Shown here in pieces: positions 8,173 to 16,000 of a stretch of DNA of 16,000 nucleotides (positions are counted from its first letter, which is position 1; each line of letters opens with the position of its first letter). The stretch is taken from contig NZ_CP038145.1 of NCBI RefSeq assembly GCF_004519515.1, positions 380,770-396,769 on the forward strand, in the 5' to 3' direction. This DNA is from Actinobacillus indolicus (GTDB lineage Bacteria > Pseudomonadota > Gammaproteobacteria > Enterobacterales > Pasteurellaceae). The notes beneath the pieces are model-generated. The model searched no databases. It was not told the DNA's origin and saw only the letters and a list, made by a program, of their open reading frames with translations. Made by a program: the position numbers and the translations under genes.

Positions 8173-9504
8173 CTAAATTTTTTCACTATACGTTTGAATA
8201 AAATTAACCAAATTTATCGGGTGGAAAAACTGGCGAATATCACGAATAAAAGCCATGCTGAGTTCTTGATTTTGCAATGCTGTAACTAGTTTTTGTTCCA
8301 ATTCATCTGAACTATATGGATTCATTGGACTACCTTTGGGATAATTAACTCGGCTTTCTAAACATTTTCCATCCATGAAACCAATTTCAATCTTGGCATA
8401 CCGAGGAAATACTTTATCTTCGATATATTCTCGCGTTATTTTTTGCATCAGTTGAACAGTATCAGAATGAATTAGTTCGGTATTAAAGGCATCAAAACTT
8501 AATGACTCCTTGGCAAGGATTTTTGCCACAATATATTCGGCAGAAAAACGTCCTTGCAATGAAGTCTGAGGATATTTATAGATCAACGCACTATCCGCAT
8601 TTGGATTTATCGTTACCTTGATGTACTGGATTTGCGCTAGATCTAATGTATGCGAAGATACTAAACTGTCAGTGGCATCAGCAATACTCGAAGCAGCGGA
8701 GCAATAACTATAATTTTTGAACCATAATTCGCTTATCTGCCATTTTTGTCCCCAATTAGATAAATCTAATATAGCCTCTGAATTTGCAAAAATAGTGAGG
8801 AATCCTACCGCTTGATCGAGGAAATCCCCCGTTACATTTAACCCCAATTTAAGCCACTCAATCGATTGAATAGCTTGTTGTGCCGCAATGCCTGCGTGTA
8901 ATGCTTTCACAGAACTACCAAAGACTAAACGTAGCCCAGAGGCTTGTGTCGCAGCTAACATAAACGCTTGCTCTAAAAATGGGTACTGATGTAAATAACA
9001 AATTGCAGCGACAGAGGCTATTCCACCAAGGGTTGCCGTTGCATGCCATCCTTTCAAATAGAGCGTAGGATTCACTGCTTTACCTAAACACGCCATCACT
9101 TCCACACCAATAATATACGCAGTAAGAAAACGTCGGCTATCAATAAATTGATGCTGAGTTATATCAATACTGGCAAATAATGCCGATAGAATCACCGCCG
9201 AAGGATGTCCTCGAACGAGTTCATGCACATCATCATTGTCTAGCAGATGAGCTTGAAACCCATTGCATAATGCTGCTTGCTTACTTGTTACATATACTTT
9301 ATGTCCAATTAGCCAGCTCGTTTGGATACCTTGTTCCTGAAGAATCGCTTTTTTCAGTTGCTCAATATCATGCTGATTTGTTGCAGGTAAACTTGAGGCA
9401 AAATAATCTATCACCCCATTTATTGCATAATCTAATACAACATCATCAACAATTAATGGCGTATCCATAATCAACTTACTAAACTGTTGGCTTTTCATAG
9501 ACAT
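8173..9504 (-). CDS. MmgE/PrpD-family protein (YxeQ-like); specific activity unknown
   Basis: 443 aa. Family-typical segments are present (DNDDVHELVRGHPSAVILSALFA, WHATATLGGIASVAA). The start ATG overlaps the ATPase stop (TAATG at 9502-9506). The size matches B. subtilis YxeQ (about 445 aa). Confidence 0.85.
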   Translation of the reverse strand: MSMKSQQFSKLIMDTPLIVDDVVLDYAINGVIDYFASSLPATNQHDIEQLKKAILQEQGIQTSWLIGHKVYVTSKQAALCNGFQAHLLDNDDVHELVRGHPSAVILSALFASIDITQHQFIDSRRFLTAYIIGVEVMACLGKAVNPTLYLKGWHATATLGGIASVAAICYLHQYPFLEQAFMLAATQASGLRLVFGSSVKALHAGIAAQQAIQSIEWLKLGLNVTGDFLDQAVGFLTIFANSEAILDLSNWGQKWQISELWFKNYSYCSAASSIADATDSLVSSHTLDLAQIQYIKVTINPNADSALIYKYPQTSLQGRFSAEYIVAKILAKESLSFDAFNTELIHSDTVQLMQKITREYIEDKVFPRYAKIEIGFMDGKCLESRVNYPKGSPMNPYSSDELEQKLVTALQNQELSMAFIRDIRQFFHPINLVNFIQTYSEKI

Positions 9505-10256
9505 TAAATATAAAACTCGACAGGATCTGAAAATTGACGAACAAAACGTTTAGTTAATTCATGTGTTGGATGATCAATCACGGATTTCGCAGCCCCTTGC
9601 TCTACAATACCGCCATTTGCCATAAAAATAACACGATCCGCCACATTTCTTGCAAACTCTAACTCATGGGTAACAATCACCATGGTAATTTTCTGTTTGG
9701 CTAATAGCTGTATGACTTGCAAAACCTCATTCACTCTTTCAGGGTCAAGTGCTGAGGTTGGCTCATCAAAAAGTAACACTTTCGGCTTAACTGCTAAAGC
9801 TCTCGCAATGGCAACTCGTTGCTGTTGTCCACCCGATAAAGTAACAGGATATTGATGAGCTTGAGGTAATAACCCCACTTGTTTTAATAAAGATAAGCCT
9901 AACTCTTTTGCTTGTTCTTTATCCATTCCTTGAGAAACAATCGGTCCTAATGTGATATTTTCTAAGGCTGTTTTATTTTTAAATAAATTATAGTGTTGGA
10001 ATACCATGGCCGACTGATTTCTCAAGTCACTTTCTTGCTTATGGCTATATTTTTTTGTATCTAATGCAATTTCACCAATAGTAATTCTTCCTGAATTCGG
10101 TTTTTCTAATAAATTTAAACAACGTAATAAAGTAGATTTACCCGAGCCAGATGGACCGATAATGGCTACCACTTCCCCTTCGTTAATGGTTAAATCGATC
10201 TGATTTAATACCGTATTATTTCCAAAAGATTTAGTTAATTTTTCAATATTAATCAT
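9504..10256 (-). CDS. Polar amino-acid ABC transporter, ATP-binding protein
   Basis: 250 aa. Walker A GPSGSGKST, Q-loop, ABC signature LSGGQQQRVAIARAL, Walker B LLFDEPTSALD and H-loop VTHE are all present. Confidence 0.95.
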   Translation of the reverse strand: MINIEKLTKSFGNNTVLNQIDLTINEGEVVAIIGPSGSGKSTLLRCLNLLEKPNSGRITIGEIALDTKKYSHKQESDLRNQSAMVFQHYNLFKNKTALENITLGPIVSQGMDKEQAKELGLSLLKQVGLLPQAHQYPVTLSGGQQQRVAIARALAVKPKVLLFDEPTSALDPERVNEVLQVIQLLAKQKITMVIVTHELEFARNVADRVIFMANGGIVEQGAAKSVIDHPTHELTKRFVRQFSDPVEFYI

Positions 10257-10266
10257 GAGATAATCC

Positions 10267-10938
10267 TTAACGTTTATACGGTTGAGATAACTTATTTTCT
10301 AATACTTTTTGAGCCCAAGAGTAAAGCACCACTACCGCCCAATAGATAATACCTACCGCCAAATAGGTTTCGAAAAAGCGATAAGACTCCACAGTTAATA
10401 ATTTCCCTGCGGCAAGTAATTCAGGTACACCAACAAAGAAAGCAACAGAAGAATCTTTGAGTAAGGAAATAAACATATTCCCCGTACCAGGTAGTGCATT
10501 GACAAACGCCTGCGGTAAAATCACATGTTGATAAATTTTAAAGGTGCTTAGTCCCATTGCACTTCCCGCCTCTTTCTGCCCATGATCCACAGATTCTAAA
10601 CCGGCTCTAAAAATTTCAGCTAAATAAGCGGAATATTTTAAGGTGAAACAAATAATAGCTGCGGTCATTGCTGGCATTTGTACTAAGGTAGGAATAATTT
10701 GAGGCGAACCATAATAGACAATAAAAAGCAACACGACGGAAGGCATACTGCGAAATAACGAAATATAAAGTGCCAATAATTGATCAATACCTTGAATTTT
10801 TTTAACACGAATTAACGCAATCACTAAGCCTAAAATGATCGCAAAAAAGATAGACACTATCGCAATCCACAATGTCGTTGGTAAATACACGATAATTTGA
10901 GGAAAAATTCCTAAAAAATAACCTAAGTCAAAATTCAT
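10267..10938 (-). CDS. Polar amino-acid ABC transporter permease (HisM/HisQ/TcyB type)
   Basis: 223 aa, multi-pass and hydrophobic. It carries the EAA loop EAGSAMGLSTFKIYQHVILPQA. Confidence 0.92.
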   Translation of the reverse strand: MNFDLGYFLGIFPQIIVYLPTTLWIAIVSIFFAIILGLVIALIRVKKIQGIDQLLALYISLFRSMPSVVLLFIVYYGSPQIIPTLVQMPAMTAAIICFTLKYSAYLAEIFRAGLESVDHGQKEAGSAMGLSTFKIYQHVILPQAFVNALPGTGNMFISLLKDSSVAFFVGVPELLAAGKLLTVESYRFFETYLAVGIIYWAVVVLYSWAQKVLENKLSQPYKR

Positions 10939-10977
10939 AAAAACTCACAGACAAAAAGGATTAATGGTGGAGAGAAT

Positions 10978-11040
10978 AAACAAGCGGTCGTTTTGATTCA
11001 AAAATTTGCAAAATTTTAGCCATAACGTACCGCTTGTTAC
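10978..11040. repeat. Inverted pair of uptake signal sequences forming a hairpin in the binding-protein/permease spacer
   Basis: ACAAGCGGTC lies at 10980-10989 (+), and taccgcttgt at 11028-11037 is ACAAGCGGTA on the - strand. The arms aacaagcggtcgtt and aacgtaccgcttgtt pair as 10 bp, a 1-nt bulge, then 4 bp, around a loop of about 31 nt. Confidence 0.75.
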
Positions 11041-11054
11041 TTATCTATTTAAGT

Positions 11055-11852
11055 TTATTTGGTAGGTTCTGAAATATCTTCACCATAATATTTCACTGCG
11101 AGTGCTTTAATGGTGCCATTTTCTTTTAATTTAGTGATTGCTTTATCAAACTGTTCTCTCAGTTGGTTACCTTTTTCATTCGGTAAAAATCCATAGCCGA
11201 CCTCTTCAATAACTAATGGTTTTCCAACTAATTTAAAAGGTAAATTTCCACGTTTAATTTCCGCCAATAAAATAGGTTTGGAATTCACATAACCATCAAC
11301 GCGTTTATACACTAAATCGTACATTGCCCCATCACGAGTTTCATAGGTTTTCACATTCACTTCATTGTTTGGAAAGTGTTTCTTCAAATTATTGATATGG
11401 TTAGAACCCAGCACACCCGAAATGGTTTTCCCATGTAAATCGGCATATTCGTTGATATTTTCATTATCTTTATGTGTCACAATTTGGCTACCGTAATAGC
11501 TATAAGGTTGAGTAAAACTATATTTTGCCTTACGGGCTTCTGTGATGGCGACCGCATTTGCGACGGTATCCAATCGACCTGATTCCAACTGCCCCATTAG
11601 TCCAGCAAATTCAGCAGTTGTCCATTCAACACGGTAGCCGAGCTCTTTGGCAATAGCTTCTGTGGTTTCCACATCAAAGCCAACTAATTTCCCATCTTGT
11701 TTAAAGCCATTTGGATAACTTTGCCCTGTACTGCCTACGCGTAGCACCTTTTCAGGTTGACTTGGAGCCACTTGGGTATTTTCACTTTTTTCACATCCTG
11801 CTAAGGCAAGCCCTGATAAAAGTAAGCTGGTAAGAATATATTTCTTAGACAT
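11055..11852 (-). CDS. Amino-acid ABC transporter substrate-binding lipoprotein (cystine/S-substituted cysteine type, YxeM/TcyA-like)
   Basis: I moved the start to the ATG at 11852, which is preceded by AAGGAAA, giving 265 aa. The signal peptide has the lipobox LALAGC. Family-3 binding-protein motifs are present (GFDVE...AEFAGLMGQLESGRLD...ITEARKAKYSFTQPY). The track's longer ORF (to 11918) would overlap the GNAT gene and lacks a ribosome-binding site. Confidence 0.9.
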   Translation of the reverse strand: MSKKYILTSLLLSGLALAGCEKSENTQVAPSQPEKVLRVGSTGQSYPNGFKQDGKLVGFDVETTEAIAKELGYRVEWTTAEFAGLMGQLESGRLDTVANAVAITEARKAKYSFTQPYSYYGSQIVTHKDNENINEYADLHGKTISGVLGSNHINNLKKHFPNNEVNVKTYETRDGAMYDLVYKRVDGYVNSKPILLAEIKRGNLPFKLVGKPLVIEEVGYGFLPNEKGNQLREQFDKAITKLKENGTIKALAVKYYGEDISEPTK

Positions 11853-11886
11853 AATGTTTTCCTTATTTAAAATAAAAATGTTGTGT

Positions 11887-12408
11887 TTACTGAGCTTTTC
11901 GTGTTTGCCACTGCTCAAAAAGCGTTGTATTAATCACTTTTCTAAAATAGATCGTTGTGTGATCATCGGTTAAATTTGCTCGCCCAATTTCGCTAAATCC
12001 CTGATTTATATAAAATTGAGATAACCATGGATGATTCTCTGCGGTGCCTAATGTAACAAAAGGTACTTTAAGTTGTTTTTTCAAAATCGCTTCTTCTAAC
12101 CAAATCAGTAATTTCAATGCATAACCTTGCTTTTTGTAAGTAGGATTTGTGGCAAATAAACCGATATGAGGCACACCAAAAGGGCCAGGATTATTTCCCC
12201 ACGGCAACCGTAGACTGACTGAGCTCACCAGCTTGCCCTCTACAAATAGCCCATACACCAAATTGCTCTCAAGATGGCGTCGAATATCCGACAAGGTCAT
12301 ATTTGAAGCAGCGAAATGAATACCTAATTCAACGACTGGCTTATATGCTGTATGCAACAACTGTTGATAAATTTCCTCTTCCTGTAAGGTAATTTCACGA
12401 AATTCCAT
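11887..12408 (-). CDS. GNAT-family N-acetyltransferase (YxeL/SnaA-like)
   Basis: 173 aa. The acetyl-CoA binding motif A is present (TNPTYKKQGYALKLL, pattern Q-x-x-G-x-A). A GGAG Shine-Dalgarno lies inside the 3' end of the lyase gene, and only 2 nt separate the lyase stop from this ATG. Confidence 0.85.
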   Translation of the reverse strand: MEFREITLQEEEIYQQLLHTAYKPVVELGIHFAASNMTLSDIRRHLESNLVYGLFVEGKLVSSVSLRLPWGNNPGPFGVPHIGLFATNPTYKKQGYALKLLIWLEEAILKKQLKVPFVTLGTAENHPWLSQFYINQGFSEIGRANLTDDHTTIYFRKVINTTLFEQWQTRKAQ

Positions 12409-12410
12409 AT

Positions 12411-13772
12411 TTACTCCAACAGCCCTGAGGATTCGGCAAAATCAACTACTGCATCAACTTTCTCAATCGCAGAACCTAAATAATTATTGGGTTCTAACCA
12501 GTTTGCTAATTCATCAGCACTAATATGTTGAGCCAGCGTAGGATGAGTAACTAAAACATCGTAAAAAGGCTTATTTTGTTCAAAAGCTTGCATCGCTGTT
12601 TCATAAACAAGATGATGTGCGGTCTGTTTACCTAACTGTTTTCCTAACTCAAACATCACTTTTTCCGATAACAACAAGCCTTGTTGCAATACTAAATTTT
12701 TTTGCATCTGTGCTGTATTTACTTTTAAACCACGTAAAATCGCTAATGCAATTTGGAGTTGAGCTGAGAGATAAATATTTAATTCTGGTAAAGCAATCCA
12801 CTCCGCTCGCCAGCTCATTGCATCACGCTCATGTTCTACTCGCATTGATTCATGAATGAGTGCAACACTTTTAAAGACTGGAGAGGTTAAACTTGCTAAA
12901 CCTTCTAAAGCAGCTGGATTGCGTTTATGTGGCATGGTAGAAGAACCAATTTTGCCTTCGCTAAATGGTTCTTCAATTTCATTAATTTCTGTGCGCATGA
13001 GGTTATAAAACTCATTGCCAATTTTGCCTAAAGTGCCACTAATCAATGCGACAACTGAAGCATATTCAGAAAAACGATCCCTTGCAGATTGCCAACTAAT
13101 TAATGGCGTATTTAATCCCAAAATATTCAAGGTGAGAGCTTCAACTTGTGGACCTTTATCACCAAAGGAAGCATAAGTCCCAATCGCACCATTAATATTT
13201 CCGACTAATACCCTTTCCTTTATCTCTTTTAAACGTGTTAAATGGCGAAGAAACTCATCTAACCAGACCGCTAATTTGAAGCCAAATGTGGTAGGTAATG
13301 CTTGCATACCATGCGTTCTCCCAACCATTGGCAAAGCACGATATTGTTTCGCTAGTTTCTTTAACTCTTGAGCTACCAAACGACTATCTCGCTCAATGAT
13401 ATGAAATGCCTCTTTAAGCTGTAATGCTGTTCCAGTATCTACAATATCTTGTGTCGTTGGGCCGTAATGAACAAATTCTCCAGCCTCACCGCATTGAGCT
13501 TGCAAAGTATTGATTGTCGCCATAAATGAATGCTTTAAGCGAGCAATTTCTTGAGAAATCGCCTCTAAATCGAATTGTGCAGGGTCGGCACGCTCTGCAA
13601 TTTTCTGTGCAGCTTCTTTAGGAATTACCCCTAATTCTCCTTCTGCTTTTGCCAAGGCAATTTCAATTGCGACATGTTTTTTAAGACGATTTGTTTCTGA
13701 CCAGACCTCACGCATTTCAGCCGTACCGAAATTATTGCCTAAGGTGAGAAAATCAATGATATGAGATGCCAT
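12411..13772 (-). CDS. Fumarase/aspartase-superfamily lyase of the adenylosuccinate lyase / 3-carboxymuconate cycloisomerase branch; candidate S-(2-succino) lyase
   Basis: 453 aa. All three conserved superfamily regions are present: HYGPTTQDIVDTG, GRTHGMQALPTTFG and the signature loop GSSTMPHKRNP. It is the first gene of the seven-gene operon. Confidence 0.88.
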   Translation of the reverse strand: MASHIIDFLTLGNNFGTAEMREVWSETNRLKKHVAIEIALAKAEGELGVIPKEAAQKIAERADPAQFDLEAISQEIARLKHSFMATINTLQAQCGEAGEFVHYGPTTQDIVDTGTALQLKEAFHIIERDSRLVAQELKKLAKQYRALPMVGRTHGMQALPTTFGFKLAVWLDEFLRHLTRLKEIKERVLVGNINGAIGTYASFGDKGPQVEALTLNILGLNTPLISWQSARDRFSEYASVVALISGTLGKIGNEFYNLMRTEINEIEEPFSEGKIGSSTMPHKRNPAALEGLASLTSPVFKSVALIHESMRVEHERDAMSWRAEWIALPELNIYLSAQLQIALAILRGLKVNTAQMQKNLVLQQGLLLSEKVMFELGKQLGKQTAHHLVYETAMQAFEQNKPFYDVLVTHPTLAQHISADELANWLEPNNYLGSAIEKVDAVVDFAESSGLLE

Positions 13773-13867
13773 GTTTCAACCTTTTCTAATGAACAACGGA
13801 ATTTATGTTAGAAAAGATTGTGAAAGATAGGAAATAACTACTTCGTATCTAAAAGATGATTTAGCTA
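13773..13867 (-). promoter_or_regulatory. Promoter/operator region of the seven-gene operon; the exact elements are not resolved
   Basis: This 95-nt AT-rich gap lies between the upstream terminator and the lyase ATG (AAAAGG Shine-Dalgarno). Only weak -10 candidates exist (TAACAT at 13810-13805, ATAAAT at 13806-13801). The one good -35-like hexamer (TTCACA, 13824-13819) is badly spaced from them. This pattern is consistent with an activator-dependent promoter. Confidence 0.35.
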
Positions 13868-13912
13868 TATAAAAACAAAAGGCAAATACTAGATACCTAC
13901 TATTTGCCTTTA
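13868..13912 (-). terminator. Rho-independent terminator ending the cysB / secreted-protein transcript
   Basis: 15-bp stem with one mismatch: 13878-13892 (aaaggcaaatactag) pairs with 13897-13911 (ctactatttgccttt), with loop atac. On the - strand the stem is followed by TTTTGTTTTT. Confidence 0.85.
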
Positions 13913-13928
13913 TCAACGCTAGATTAGA

Positions 13929-14569
13929 TTACTTCACAAAATCATCAAACGTCAGTTCGTAATTATCACCATCTCGGCTATAAGAAATATAGCGAGGGAA
14001 TTTCTCCCCTTCGAATTTTTTCACTGTAATATATTTGTTATCGGTTTTAAAACGATAAGTAATTTCTTCATAGCTTTGACCTTTTACTTTTACCGTTTTA
14101 GTTGATTGATTTAGCACGACATTCTCTGTTGGATATAACTTCTTACCATTGGTAGTTTGAAAACTATTGGGTAGTTTGCCGTAATAACTTAACTGAAACG
14201 CCACAGAAAAGAGATCAAAAGTAGGCATAGTCATAGGTTCTTTTTTCAAAGGATCTTTTACTCGACCGTACTGAATCGTTTTTGAATCAATTTCCGCCAT
14301 CGCATAGGTTTTACCGTTACGGGTATCTCGATAGCTCAACATATTAAATTGATTATTACGCTCTTGCCCTTTTGCAGTAAAAACAATGTTATATAAAGGC
14401 ACATTGATTTTAGAGACAATCGAATAACTTTGCCCATTATTTTTAAAATGAACATAAGCAGGCATTAAATAATTTGAGCTATATTTGATGTTAAACTCTT
14501 CCGCCATGGCATTTGTAAAAAGACCGACAGAAGTGACCGCTAGTAATAACGCTTTTTTAAATAATTTCA

Positions 14570-14570
<1 letters not shown>
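13929..14570 (-). CDS. Secreted or periplasmic protein of unknown function, beta-rich (possibly DUF3108-like)
   Basis: 213 aa. Sec signal peptide MKLFKKALLLAVTSVGLFTNAMA, with predicted cleavage AMA/EE. The mature part is rich in Lys, Tyr, Asn and Thr with alternating hydrophobic residues, which is typical of beta-barrel or sandwich folds. A GAGGA Shine-Dalgarno precedes the start, and the ATG overlaps the cysB stop. The family assignment comes from memory of the general pattern only. Confidence 0.6.

Positions 14571-16000
<1,430 letters not shown>

Noticed and set aside
9180-9470. 96-aa ORF antisense to the MmgE/PrpD gene
   Set aside because: It lies inside a supported CDS, has a His/Leu-rich off-frame composition and no ribosome-binding site.
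10964-11023. 19-codon ORF (MAKILQIFESKRPLVYSLHH) on the - strand between the two USS arms
   Set aside because: It has no Shine-Dalgarno, and its sequence is dictated by the USS and hairpin. I treat it as a chance ORF, not a leader peptide.
11853-11918. 5' extension of the binding-protein ORF (MSSGKHEKLSKHNIFILNKENI...)
   Set aside because: It would overlap the GNAT gene by 32 nt and place 22 hydrophilic residues ahead of a canonical lipoprotein signal peptide. The internal ATG at 11852 has a good AAGGAAA site.
12617-12859. 80-aa ORF antisense to the lyase
   Set aside because: It lies inside a CDS with three conserved superfamily motifs and has no independent support.
7010-13928. Whether the seven-gene operon sits on a genomic island or mobile element
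   Set aside because: There is no integrase, transposase, flanking tRNA or direct repeats, and no obvious compositional break. The operon also contains native uptake signal sequences. The window gives no evidence for recent horizontal acquisition.

Overview
This window looks like a chromosomal segment from a member of the Pasteurellaceae. It is AT-rich (judged by eye) and carries four perfect and three near-perfect copies of the Apl-type DNA uptake signal ACAAGCGGTC. I found no transposase, integrase, tRNA, rRNA or CRISPR array. Gene order on the + strand after sixA (-): pykA, recD, a SulP/STAS anion transporter, a membrane cytochrome b561 and a periplasmic cytochrome b562. The rest of the window is on the - strand. 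Read in the direction of transcription it holds a partial yjjG-like HAD nucleotidase, cysB, and a secreted 213-aa protein whose start overlaps the cysB stop. A strong terminator follows, then a tightly packed seven-gene operon: fumarase/aspartase-superfamily lyase, GNAT acetyltransferase, lipoprotein amino-acid binding protein, permease, ATPase, MmgE/PrpD-family protein and M20D amidohydrolase. The operon (7010-13772) is the most interesting part. Its content and protein sizes match the Bacillus subtilis yxe operon for S-(2-succino)cysteine / S-alkylcysteine salvage, in the variant where a lyase replaces the YxeK monooxygenase. The PrpD-family member of such operons had no assigned function as far as I recall. 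I propose it epimerises the non-enzymatically formed succinyl stereocentre, by analogy with the iminodisuccinate epimerase plus C-N lyase pair. Secondary observations are a co-oriented b561/b562 gene pair, an inverted uptake-signal pair forming a hairpin inside the operon, and cysB-coupled translation of an unknown secreted protein. All functional calls rest on recognising motifs and recalled family sequences by eye; no searches were run.
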